DNA from: Azolla caroliniana
Taxonomy: Eukaryota > Plantae > Polypodiophyta
Length of the DNA stretch: 23,206 bases
Direction of reading: 5' to 3'
Assembly (NCBI GenBank): GCA_043228905.1
Contig: JBHGNT010000485.1
Coordinates: 1 to 23,206, forward strand
Under the pieces are notes generated by a model that saw only the letters and a list, made by a program, of their open reading frames with translations, was not told the origin of the DNA and did not search any database. Positions 9,294-21,800 of the stretch are shown piece by piece (positions within the stretch are counted from its first letter, which is position 1; each line of letters begins with the position of its first letter). The position numbers were made by a program, and so were the translations under genes.

Positions 9294-12200
9294 GTGCTAT
9301 CCAAGATACATAGAATATACTCTTAGAAGAAGAGCTTTAAATACTGATGTGGCAGCTAAGTTATGGCCTCGTAAATACCAATTTAATTCTGAATGGAATC
9401 TTGTACAAGGATCCCATTCAAACTACAAAAAATATTCTTTTAGAAGTTGTAGTACAGCTCTGAAAACGAGACTGTACAACTTTAACAAGAATTAGAAAAT
9501 ATTAAATAATATAAACTCGTTTTCTAGTTTAGTACGTTTGAAGTTGCATCAGATTTATTCATCTTTGTGCATAATCTGGTTGATTATCCTAAGCTCCTCT
9601 GTGCGTAGAAGGCTTCTCTACTTGGTCTTTGCCTCCATGCTTGAGTTTGATCATCTGCAAATGGTCACTTGAAATTACCCAGCCAGCACCAGAAGAGGCT
9701 ATCAGGGCATTGATATGCCAAAGTAGATAAGATGTCTGTGCTTCTGAAATCGTCTTCAAACGCTCCTGCACCCAATCATCTAATTGTGTACTGACTCTTC
9801 AAACCATCGTCAAGATGATACAATGTGGATGATCCTAAAATAAAATCCTTTACTGATATATGTAGGTTTTTGCAAAATTTGTGACTTAAATCTTAAATTG
9901 CTAATATTGCCTATCCTCTGATGCTTGTCACTGTAAAATCTTAGATTCATATTGTTCCCTTTGCTCATTAATCCTTTGATGTTTTTTTATTGGAAGTATA
10001 GGTATCATTGGATAAACCGCCATGGAAAACGATCAAAACGAGAAGTAGCCCCAATTATCGTTTCGAATCATGTTTCATTTATCGATCCTATTTTTTTCTT
10101 TTATGAATTTTTTCCTAGCTTTGTAAGCTCAGCATCACACTCAGATTTACCGGGCATTGGAATGATTATCAGACCAATGCAGGTAATGTCAAGATCTTGT
10201 ACATCTGCATATATACATTATGTAAAAAGCTTGATATCTTCTTAATACTTCCTTTACCACCAGGTCATAAATGTTGACAGGTCTTCCTCTGAATCCAAAA
10301 AAGATGTCTTAAAGGAAATTAAAGTAAGTACAAATTTTTTGTTGCTGCTTGTTGTAGAACTTGCTGTGCAAATGCAGATGTCATGATTATCCAATACAAT
10401 TTTATCGCAGAATAGAGCTATGAACAATGATTATCCTCATGTCATGCTGTTTCCTGAGGGTACAACTACAAATGGGAGGTCACTGATATTTTTCCAACTT
10501 GGAGCATTTATTCCAGGATTACCTGTACAACCTGTTGTTTTGCGTTATCCATATGTTCATTTTGACAATTCTTGGTAACATTCATGTGCCATCATAGAAA
10601 GTTAGTTAGGAGTAGATTGAAATTTCGTATCCATGTCTGAGCTATTTGATTCCTTTTATGTAGGGGTAGGATTTCCATCCTAAAGGTTGTCTTTCGGATG
10701 TTTACGCAATTTCACAACTTTATGGAAGTAAGTAGGCAAATGGATAGTTGGATTTTTGATAAGTGATTAATTTCATGGCAATGTTAACGTTTGTGCAAGT
10801 GATGTTTGTTAACATAAATGTAGATAATTATGATGTTGATGATTTTGAAGAAAGCAGATAAGAAATGAATAAAGATAAGTATGCTAGGATAGTAAATGAA
10901 AATGGAGTTGACAGTCCCCATAAAGTGAACACAGCAGAGATCACTTCAATGAACCCTTGATATAAGACACTGACTAACAATCTGTGTAGGTGCAAGAATG
11001 CTATTCAGACACACAGGAGAAGGAAGCAAACTGGGAAAACATTTTCATCAACAAATGAATGAGGGTCTTATTATAAGGATTCTGAACATAAATAGTTTGG
11101 TCTGCATTTTTAAATGGGTATAAACATTTTGATTTGTTCCAAATGAAACCAAGAATTTTAAATTCGAATTTCTTTTCCACATTTCCAGAAAAAGAGTTTT
11201 GGGCAAGTTTTGGTCATGACTATTATAGTTCATATAAGAGATCTTGATTATTTTCTGGGTAAAAAACCAAATAATGAATACCTGCAAACCATCTTCATGA
11301 AAAGCAAAATTTATGTGAATGACTTTCTGTCTCATCCGAAATGGATGGCTAGGCCACCATTAAAGTGTAAAAACTTAAATAACTAAGTTGGGTGGCAGCA
11401 TATAGCACAGCATATCCATGATTTTGCTGGATAATATATTGTATAATTGGTACTAAAGATAATACTGTGTTTTCTTCCAGGTTGAGTATTTGCCTGTTGT
11501 CTATCCATCTCCTAGGGAGAAAGACCATCCAAGACTCTTTGCTAAAAAGGTCAAGATGATCTGTTCCTTGCAGCAATATTGGTGCTGAATAATCTAAGGA
11601 AGCATTTTGTTACAGTGAGAAATGTTTCTTTGAACAGGTTAAGAATGTCATGGCGAAGGCATTAAATGTGGCAGAAACTGAGTATTCTTTTAATGATCTC
11701 ATCTTATCTGAAAAAATGAATGAGCATAAGAATGTAAGATATTGCATGACTCCATCACATGAGAAACTTGACATATATTTTATCAGATTTTCTTCTTTTG
11801 ACATATTGTTCATATACATATATTTTTTTGTAGGCATCAGATACCCCTTGCGTTGTGGAAATGGCATGGTGGAAGAAGGTATATAATGAATATACTGTGT
11901 TCTCGTTATTATGCATTTGAATTCCGAGGCTATATGAACATATTTATTGCAGCAGAATAATCCTTTATGGACAAGCCAAATCTCATCTATGAGAAAGATA
12001 TCTATGTGTTTGTACCAAGCCTCTGCAAAGGGCATGGAAATTTTCTCGTTCCAGGAAAAAAAGTAGGGGGTGGGAATGTCTACTTTTTTTCAATTTGATT
12101 GCTGAGTTTGATTGAAGTTTTTTGTTCACTTTTTAGGTGTTCTGTATCAGCGCAAAAGAGGCTCTTATTTTCTATGAGAAATTTCAAAAAATGGATTCAG

Positions 12201-13477
12201 ATAATAGGTTGGTTTTCTGGGTACCGACCATGTATTCTGACAGTAAGCTATATGATTGATGTAATTGGAATTAATTATCTTGTTGTCAAATGCAAATGAT
12301 GCTTACACGTCATTAAGCTCAATATTAACTAGTACACTAATAGATGGTGGCTATTAACTGTATGGTTCTGTTTTATTACATTTTTTAAATTTGTGATGAC
12401 AGGGGTTGGGTGTCAAAAGATCAGTTCTTAGAAGGATTAGAACTACCCAAAACAACATTTTCTGAGCAGGTTTAATTCTGCCTTCTTATTAATGCGCAGT
12501 AACTAAGCTTTCTAGTTCACCAGTTAATATTAACTTGACATTTTGAATTGCTATTAGATTTTTGACTTCTTCGATACAGAAGAGCAAAGCGCAATGTCTT
12601 TCCAAGGGGTGCATACTAAGAACTTTTACATTGTATTTATTGTATATTATGTGCCTCTAATGAGGGACAGATATCTCAACTCTATCGTTGATGGGAATTT
12701 GCAGTTTCTTGAGGGATCGGCATTCATCTCAAAACATCCTTCCTTTGAAAGGTTCTGTGGAATAGCCTTTAAATCATGTGACCTGCAGAACCAAGGCTAC
12801 CTTTCAAACATTGAGGTAATTCTCACTTCCCTGATTATCTAAACCCATTAATCATATGATGAACATGAAGCATGATTATGTCAGATTACCTTGATTTCTA
12901 TGTCAAATATAATCTTAAAATTTGGATGTCGATCTCATGGATTTGTAAGAACTATCTGTTAAAGCCTAAATTTAGACTCACTTTGGTGTGATGAAGCAAT
13001 CTTGCTATTCCTTGAATCAAATATATATATATATATAAATACATAATCTCTATGGTTTTGGAGTCAAACATAAATCCAGAACCACTCAACTGAGACTTGG
13101 TGTGAACCATAATCTAATGAATAAGTGTAGTATATAAAACCGAATGCTTGATAGGAACACTTTGGAATGATGATGATTGTTTAGTGTTTTATCGATGGTG
13201 ATGTTATCGCAGGTAGATCAAACTCTGCGCTCTGTTTTTCCAGAGATTTCTCCTTTGCAGGTACTTGTGCTGTGTTGAATTTAATGAGGTGTATGTCTAA
13301 ATGTGTATTTACAAATAATGTTCTTTTTATATGAAACAGGTTCAAAAAATGTGCAAGAAATTAGACTTTGATGGAGATGGGTTAGTGAATTGGGATGACT
13401 TCAGAACTTTCTTGGGAAAGAATCCAGAACTGCTTGCACTCTTCCTTCCTCAAAGCATGAGCTTAAGCATAGTCTGA
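3689..13477 (+). CDS. LPEAT2: Lysophospholipid acyltransferase, LPEAT2-like (PlsC acyltransferase domain + C-terminal EF-hands), 14 exons, 625 aa
   Basis: Exons: 3689-4401, 10002-10182, 10264-10323, 10411-10574, 10664-10727, 11481-11549, 11638-11733, 11834-11878, 12137-12207, 12403-12469, 12558-12608, 12705-12815, 13213-13260, 13340-13477. All introns are GT-AG with consistent phases; total 1878 nt, open to TGA at 13475-13477. Motifs: DPFRNHT, hydrophobic TM segment, catalytic SNHVSFID (HX4D), LFPEGTTTNG, VQPVVLRYP, RMFTQFHNFMEVEYLP, EF-hand-like loops DSDNRGWVSKDQF, DTEEQSAMSFQGF, DLQNQGYLSNIE, DFDGDGLVNWDDF. Colinear with Arabidopsis LPEAT2 as I recall it. Confidence 0.93.
4661..4960 (+). 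mobile_element. Ty1/copia reverse transcriptase fragment (pseudogenised) in intron 1
   Basis: Translates as KMTFLHGSLDEELYMLQPEGFMIPGKEHLVCKF*CSLYGLKQAQCLWYKKFDSFIRSNVFTRCKADPCRYLKMETDSRPIILVLYIDDILIVG. Copia RT motifs FLHG, YMxQPEGF, SLYGLKQA and LYxDD are present; in-frame TGA at 4760-4762. Confidence 0.93.
5591..6031 (+). mobile_element. LTR-like repeat, copy A
   Basis: Starts TGTTGG and ends ATAACA (TG...CA with TGTT/AACA inverted ends). Preceded by purine-rich GAAGTGAGGGAAAAA (PPT-like) and lies downstream of the copia RT relic. An inverted homolog is at ~9075-9531. No target-site duplication seen. Confidence 0.6.
6208..6604. repeat. Diverged tandem duplication, ~200-bp unit x2
   Basis: TAGGAGTGAYGGGGCTWAAGAAAGTT... 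to ...GGGCCAAAGCCTTG...CAATGGYATCTCCC at ~6208-6404 and ~6414-6604. Confidence 0.85.
6664..7227. repeat. Near-identical 167-bp direct repeat (period 250) plus an older partial third copy
   Basis: 6811-6977 vs 7061-7227 (ATGTAGTACA...TACAGCTGCCCTATCAC, only a few substitutions); diverged partial copy ATGACAAAATTGGCAAATTC...TGATGTGATGAAGTT at ~6664-6745. Confidence 0.9.
8385..8772. repeat. Diverged tandem duplication, ~200-bp unit x2
   Basis: ~8385-8576 and ~8587-8772 share TCATTACAGATATG, CATGTCATCCAT, AGAAGGCTCTAGC, TCAAAAGAGCAC and ATAGTCTTTTAC. Confidence 0.85.
9075..9531 (-). mobile_element. LTR-like repeat, copy B (inverted relative to copy A), containing (CA)21 at 9249-9290
   Basis: Reverse complement aligns colinearly with ~5622-6030, e.g. 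TCTTAGAAGAAGAGCTTTAAA vs TTTAAAGCTCTTCTTCTAAGA; AATATTCTTTTAGAAGTTGTAGTACAG vs CTGTACTACAACTTCTAAAAGAATATT; GGGGTTTAACACAT vs ATGTGTTAAACCCC. Confidence 0.75.
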
Positions 13478-15885
13478 AGCTATCGTCGAGAAGTTAGTTT
13501 TTACCTTATTGAAGGATTTTCAGGTGTTTTTATTGGAAGGTGGGGGATTGCTGCTGTAACCTGAATGTAATTCATAAACGAAATTTTCTCATGAATCCCC
13601 ATTAAAGTGATCAGGGAATAAAACAAGATATCATGAACTGAGATCAATTATGTACGAATGCTTGAACTGAGATAATGAATGGAGGATGTGGACAGCCTGA
13701 CCATCCATCTAAAAGATCTTCTCCTAGGAATCCAGGAGGGGTTTCTTTACTGTTCAAAGAATTGTGATTCAGCTGTATCTATTTTTTTCCATTGAAAAGA
13801 TACACCAACTTTTTTGTATAAGTTGAGATGAGAATATAAGTTGTGGTTCGGCAATATGTATTTTTTCCCCGTCCAGAGCATATACATACATTTTATAGTG
13901 TTGAGATGAGGATATTGAGTGGGACAACAGCATTGCAACCCACAGTATCTTAGCAGGAAAGCTATGTAATTCAACAATAATGCTTATGTAAATGACATAT
14001 TTTGTTCTATTTGAAAATGGATGATATGGTCAAAGTGTTACATCTACACTTCAGGGAATCCAAAAATAGATTATTTGCGTGAAATATTACATCTACTTCG
14101 CTTTTCTAATTCAGCTGCTCACAAACGGGTTAAGAATATTTTTAGGCTTTAAATCATCAGCTCATTAAATTAATTTTTATACATTTGGGCATAAAATGAA
14201 CATTTAGTCACCGTTTATCAGCATAAATTTTAGGGTTTAGGTGAGGGAAAATCCAATAACCAATCAACTAGTGCTCCAGGTTAAAATGATGTGCACGCTG
14301 ACAGTGCAAGATCAATGTCTAAAGTTTTAACAGAGCTAATTCTTTAGTTCAAGATGATGTCTACAGGAAAGTCGAACATTCACTGATGAAAACTAACCTA
14401 TTATTAAAAGAAAATTTAACAAAACAGGCATATTTAGGGTTCTAGCCAATCCCAAAGAAAAACCAATAAATCATATATAGGGTTTCATGTGTTTGTTCAG
14501 TCACCCTTTTCCTTAACCAAACTATCCACTAACACATAAACAAACTATTGTACAAATTATTAGTTGGTGATTTACTTGATTTGTAGTCTAATAAGCATTT
14601 CTATTAACACAAAGTAGAAATGGAAGTCTCATTAGAAAACATTAAGTGGTCAAAATACGCATCAACAAAAGACAAAATACCAATAACCATCAATCAACAA
14701 AAGACAAACAAATACCAATTATCTCTCAAGAGCGAGATCTCAAAGAAATAGAAGGTAGCTTTAGAAAAGACTATGTTAGAAAGTCCACAAACCAACGATC
14801 AACCTTATCACAATGGACAGGTTAGATGTAGACCTATAACAGCTTTCGCTGAACCAGTATTAGATGTGATTCATCTACGATCAACCTTGACAGCAGTTGA
14901 TGTATTTGCATCATGGCAAATAGAGTCATGGGATTTTGAGCTTATGATTTTAGGAAGCTCCCTTGCACTCTAGTTCACCACATTGCTCGTATCAAAATTG
15001 ATGAACATTAAACATAAGATCAGGAAACACCATTTGTGTCCTTGATTTCATCTTTTTGGCATTTGATCCCATAGATAAATCTGCTCCTAACCTACAAATT
15101 TCTCAGTAAATACCTCCATCCTATTTATAAATGAGCAGACTTACCTTTTCTCCCTCAACTGACATTCAGACAAATAAAAGTGTACCATCCTGGTTCTAAA
15201 TCAGCTGCATTTCTAAAAAATGCTGTGGTGATCCATCTAATTGGTACTAAAAGGCAAAGAGCCGGAAGCTGGTGAAGAGGAGAACATCCACATTAAGTTG
15301 TCAAAAATAATATAGCTGAGGAACCTGGAAGGTACACTAAAACACACTTTTAGGCCTGTCAATCTGAACCCAAATGTGAATTAGAAATTCATGCAGTCAC
15401 CTAAAAGAATCAGACCATACTTCCAGATCAATGTGATTTGACAACATTAGAATTCTTTATGCAAGACGTCATCAAATGCAGCACATTTTTACTCCCAAAC
15501 AAGCAACAGTATGCTTTTCAATGTTTTTATAACCATGCCATCTTTGCAGTAGATGCTAATGACATATAAGAGTCTGTTTCACTAGTTGAGCACATCATGG
15601 CAAGCGACAGTTTGCTCTATTAATGTAATTGCTATGTGGAGTGCAAATGACAACATGATTGATCATGATGACTCCTTAATGATGTTCCTTTTGCTGCATG
15701 CCAATGCATCTCCCCACATGGTCTCTTGGTGCAATGATTGATACTAGTAACTGCCCATTTCTCTGATACCTTTCACATGGCCTATAATGCACCATCTACC
15801 TTGAATGGCATGAATATTATAACGAGTACATTCAGAAAGCAAAGATAATTACGCCCCTTTCTATCTCGTTTAGACCATCATGATT

Positions 15886-18800
15886 TTAATCATCTCTGTT
15901 ATTAGGCCTAGAAGAAACCCCATCTGTATCCGACACGCCTGGTGCACCATCCGACGAGTTCACGGAGTCCTTTTTCTTACCGAAGGGATTCTTTGAATAC
16001 GTAAGAAAAGTTAAGTCAAACCACCAATACCAAAACATAAAGGCTTATGTCTATGCACAACCAAATTGTTGAAAAAAAGGATATTGTAGGCGCATGCCAC
16101 CACGATCTGAACTTGCTAGTACAGCCCCTTGTAAATTATTGTGAACTGCAATAGCACTGTTCACATCCTGCAAGGCCCCTCAAAAAAATTCTTGAACTTT
16201 TACAGGAACTACCATTAGTACCTTAGAAATACCATTACCTAAGCGTAAATACTTACAAGAAATTCAATGAAGCATACAGTATTCCTCGCCTGTGGGAGAA
16301 CCTTCATTTGTTTGAATCCAGGCTGGCTAAAATATACAAGTAGAATCTCCATATCAATGCCAAGAACGAAGCTTAATATTTTAAGGAACACACGCTTCAG
16401 TAAAATACAATATCATTTACCTACTAAATATGCCTCGTAGCTCATTTTCATTTGTAGATTCTCCCAGGTTGCCAACAAACAAAGTATTGCATGGTGGGTT
16501 ATCTTTGGTATTCTGATGCATAAGAGCATTAAGATGTGCTTAATTCTTAAAAGCATGCACATGTTCTTCAAACTACCTGAACAACTGCATATCCAGCTGG
16601 AGATACTGATGGCAACATTGGTTGTACAAAGGACTGGACTGGCTGCATTCCATAACCACTGTAAGGATCGTATGGAACAGTTGCAGGAATGTAGCTGCCA
16701 AGAAAACATTAATAATGAACACACAGATACATATACATGTGCATTGAACCTGACATCCCTGCTGGGAAACTTCAAGAAAGGTGGGGGGGGCGAAAGCCAC
16801 AAAGACATGATGAATACATCATTGATATTCGCACTGTACCTTACCTTTGCGGAACCCAACCAGGAGTTGACCCAGGATACGGAGGAGGTGGTGCATAAGA
16901 CTGAGAGTAATCCCCAATAGTTCTCAACCTCTTACTTTGATCAAACCCAGCTGAGTCGACACCATTTCCTGTAACAGCTAATAATTAGAGAAAATGGCAA
17001 ACGTTGTCATATTGTGTGATGCAATATGTGTGGTGTGGGAACAAGATATTTATGGTGTTCTAAGACATATACTGTATGATATGATAAATAATACAATCAG
17101 TAAATTTATGCATAGAAATATATCAATTGTATGATTCAAATAGACTGAAATACCAACAAAATCCAAGAATTTGGAAAGTAGACAAAGTTTTAGATATTCA
17201 AAATTTTAGAAAATGCCTTTTAACTTCTGCTGTAGACAATAGATGTTAATTATTATATTTATTATCTGATTAATGATGGAAGATAACAACATTTCACAAC
17301 AATCATCCTCTTTGTCCTCCTTAGTGTCTATAGTAGACATAAAATCACCTCACTAAATAGGCTGCCTTGGTTATATTATTTAGGCTCCCAAATCTCCTCG
17401 TCCACCACGTTTTAGTCCTTGACATATGCTAAATCTAGTGATGTATGCTTTAATCAGTTGCTTCTAACATGCTTTCGATGGCTTTCAACATGTGTACTTT
17501 GGAGCAAGAACCACCTAAACAATTGCTTAGTACTGAGTCTATATCAAATCATTTCTGCATAAGAGAGTGTGATCCAATTTTTCTGACATGATCTGGATAA
17601 ACACACTTGGGTTAGAAGCATGAATCAAAGGGATCTAGTATCAGAACCCATTGAGCCCCGCCACACTGAGCCATTTTCATTCACGTAGTGACAGCGAGAT
17701 CTTGTTGTGGCTGATGCTACCAAATCAGCTACCTTGCATAAGCGAATGACCACTCGGAGACACCATTGTTTAGCCATGGGTTTCCAATGGCGTCTTTGGA
17801 GATGTGGATGGCCATGTCCAGAAGATTCTTACACCAAGAATTCTATAATGATAGTATGGATTGCGTCCTATGTTAGTAAGGCTTGTTTTATAACATGGTT
17901 GAAAACAAAATATCTCTGTTTGTTTCCAAGATTACCTTGATATGCTTGCTCATAGTCAAGGTTCCTAATTATAATATTAGTAAATAAAAAGCAAAGACAT
18001 AATTTGCTAATTTTGTTTCTAATTTCACTAATTAAGACATGGCCATTGTCTAATTAAAGAGCCATTAATAATTGAATCTTGGAATTTGCAAAAATTAATT
18101 TTGTAATTTTTCTACAATAACCTCACAAAAATCATTGCAAAGTTTCCAGACATGTGACATCTAAAAGCTGACTACCAGCAACAATCATAAAAGAACACAT
18201 GAAATAAGCCTTCAGATAATAAAAAAGAACACACTAGTTATAAACATATAGTATGCTTACAAATTGTAGAACATGTGCTTCAACATAGACTTGAAATTAA
18301 TATGAATGTTTGACGGACTATGGTAAAGACACATTTCAAGTCAACCTTCACCAAACAGTCCGTTCAAATGAAGAAATATTTATGAAAAAGGTACAGACAT
18401 GTGTCACCTGAAATAGCACAACCAAATTTCACTGTAGAAAGCTTGTGCTTGACATGTGACTTGAAAGTATAAAAAATTTAACGGTGCACATTTCATGCCC
18501 CACTGATTTAATGCATAACTATCACAATCCTTCATTGTTTTGTGTTTGATACCGTAATTAGTCGGAAAAACAAGATTGCTACCCTATTAGTCTGTCAAGA
18601 GAACAATCACTTGAAACTTGATATGGCAAGGACATCCATCAGAATATTGATGAAGCATAGGTAAGGCAGTAGCCATGCTTTAGATTGCCTTTCATTACTT
18701 ATCAAATAATCTAATTTACTACAGTTGTGTGTGAAGAGACTATCTATATCTGAATCTTTGATTCTATTAAAACAATAATATCATGCTATGTAAAATGGAT

Positions 18801-21800
18801 GGTCAATTCCTGCCAGTGCTTCCATGGGCTCTATCACAGAGATATTCCCCGAGTATCAACTAAAAATATGTACAAATAATCAGTAGAAAGTAGCATAAGG
18901 GGGTCCTATGGAAACACTAACTGGAACAAAAGTCTTACTCAAGCCAATTCTTAGAGAGACACCTACTTTCACCTCTTCAGACTTGAACTTTTTTTACATG
19001 CAACCCTGCTCTATTTCTAAGTGAATCATCATATGCAGAATAACATTATGACAACATAATAATCAGACCATGTCCCCTAGGTAAACTGTTTCTACACACC
19101 AGAAGAAAGATCATACCATGCTTCACATATAGATTCTTTTTTGCCATCTCTGCCCGTAACATTGAATTTGTTTCAGGATCGAAAACTAAATTCTGCAAAA
19201 AAAGAATGTAAACATAGTTTTACCCTTACAGAATGTATGCTGTCATTGTGTATGTTAAGCAACATGATCAGTTCGATATTATAAGTAGGCAAAAAATGCC
19301 TTTAGTACATTATTTGCGAAACATTGTCACTAACTCATAGTCTTGTAACATAGATACTAAACATAGCTTAAGAGGTAGACCATGGAATCATACCATAGCC
19401 CAAATCCAAATCAGTTTTCTATGTCAGACATTAGAGGTTTTGTTCTAATCTCCATCACAAATGATAAGCAACATGATAGAACAGAATACCATGCATCATA
19501 CAAAGTCATTATAGCCACTTGCAATACACTATAGAATTTAGAACTCTTGGGGGCAAAGTCATTTGTTTAACTAGTGAGAACTGCAAAACTACAGAACTTG
19601 AAAAGTGCACCAAAAATACTTCACAGTTTTAAGACAAGAATTGCCGTGAGTGCGGCATATTCAAGAAAACAGTCCAAATCAGTAAGGTTGCTAGCTATGG
19701 TGTTTAATTGAATTCATGCAATGTTTTCACATCTCTAGCCATCAGTTAATTGAATCCATAACAAGCTCCCAAAATGAGGTTCATATCGTCTAAGCTCTAA
19801 TAACATAAACGAGATGGCAAATCTTTATTGGGAGCTAGAAATTCTAGAGTGAGCAAAGATAATACTTGCTTAAAACAAGAGTATACTAATTAAGAGATTA
19901 AAGGGGCTGGAATGTAAGCAAATAAGTGTGGCTTATTTCTAAGGCCCTAAAACATCCGTATACACAACTGGATGAAACTAAAATAAAATAAAATGGCCAT
20001 GAATTAATCTCCTATAAAGGTCAGCATTCATGAAACACATCTATAAATATGTCTGTCCACAATAAAGTCCCCAAAATAGGTGGACGTCTATAATAGAAGT
20101 CAGTAGCAACTAAATTGTTATGAGAAATAATGTCTAGAAAAACCTGAACCAGCACAAACTTTAAAAGTTCAATTGCTCTCTATGGACTGCATCAGAACTA
20201 AATCTTTAAGAGATATCATTTTTTAACTAGCAGTAATTGTGTCCCTTAGGGTTTCCTAGATATCATAGCCACCCTTTAAAGTTCAAGTACTCTCTATGGA
20301 CTGGAGCAGAACTAAATCTTTAAGAGAGATCATTTTTTACCTAGCAGAGACTGTGTCCCTTAGGACTTCCTAGATATCATAGCCACCCTTTAAAATAAAG
20401 AGACAATTGGGTGTGTACCAAAAAAGACCTGACATTCAAATACCTGAAGTGCATCTCGCGCAGACATTGCCATTGCAGCTGAACTAAAGAGCGCAAACCC
20501 CATAGGTTGTTCACCCTTGAAATTCATTTGTGATGCTTCATAACCTGGCCACCATCTGAGCAAATTTAGGAGCTCTCTTTCCTTGACATCAGGTGGAAAT
20601 CCAAGCACAAATATTGTTCTCACCTGTAAATACATATGTATATAAAGTCATATTAGGTTGATGAAGATACCTAAGAAAGAAAATATGATGGTCAAATCTT
20701 TAGTTTTATAAGGCTACAGACTATTGTTGCAGGAGAGAACACAAGAAAACTCAAAATAAATCATTTATAAAAACTATTATGATAAATATATATGGAATAA
20801 TGGATATACAATGAGGCATGGTCTTTTATGTTGAGTTGAGCTTACAGTGACGCCAATGGAATCATTATTCTATTCCGCTTCATTGAGTCAGAAGAACATT
20901 AATTTTTCATGGGAGTTATAACATTTTGATTTGTCAAGAAAACAGTTATATTAGAATGGCAATTTATATGCATAACCTTAATGACCAATTCTAAAGCTAA
21001 TATTAATGGTTTAAGGGTAGGATACTTAGGAAACCAGTTATCCTAGGAATTGAAACAAAACAATAACGACCTAGGACATGTGGTGGTCAAGGAGCCTTAG
21101 TTGTTGGGCTATATGAAAAGGGGACTTAGCTGCCTCCCTCAGTACACCATCGTGAGACGCTGTTGACACACTATTGGTGAGGCAAAGGTCTTCTCTTTCA
21201 ACCGCTTAGCTCAACATCCAAGTCATAACATGAGGTAACCTTTGGTGGTATGAGACACCGATGGTATTTTATGTTCATTTATTGTCCTTCACTTGGGGAT
21301 GGTAAATCTAGTTCTGCACCCTTAAAGCATTATTTTCTTAATCGAAATATCCATTGCTTATCATTAGTATTCCATTCGTAATATACATTGACTTCTCGAA
21401 GAGTTACGCATGATCAGCAAAAAAAGACCTGTTTTGTTACAAACATCACCAATTCTGATTTCCAACATACTATGGGAAAGCATTGCCAATACATTAAAAA
21501 CAAATTCACAAGACATTGACTCAAAAATATGGAATACAGAAGCTCACTTAAATAAATAAGAATATTTAAGACTCATGTTATGCCCAGCTTTGTTGTCACA
21601 ATGGACGTCTGCAGATACCCCGTTTATTTAGGAGAAATTTGTTTGAAATAATGTTGACGACTTTAAACTTCTCCTCTTGTTTCATCAACATATTGATAAA
21701 TGTTATAAATGCAACACAGGGAAATATTTCTTCAGAGTTTCGCAACCATAGAATCCAATGATCAGAAAAATGCCTTCAATTTCTGATTCCTTTTAAGCAA

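Noticed and set aside
11048-12035. Minus-strand ORFs antisense to acyltransferase exons 6-8 and adjacent introns
   Set aside because: Fully explained by the + strand gene structure; no independent coding signal.
14229-14485. Scattered TTTAGGG telomere-like motifs
   Set aside because: Only 1-2 units each; not an interstitial telomeric array.
16413-16920. 134-148-aa ORFs on both strands
   Set aside because: Off-frame or antisense readings across RRM-gene exons 4-6.
21070-21260. Slightly GC-richer intronic block, possible SINE or ncRNA
   Set aside because: Could not identify A/B boxes, a target-site duplication or a tail.
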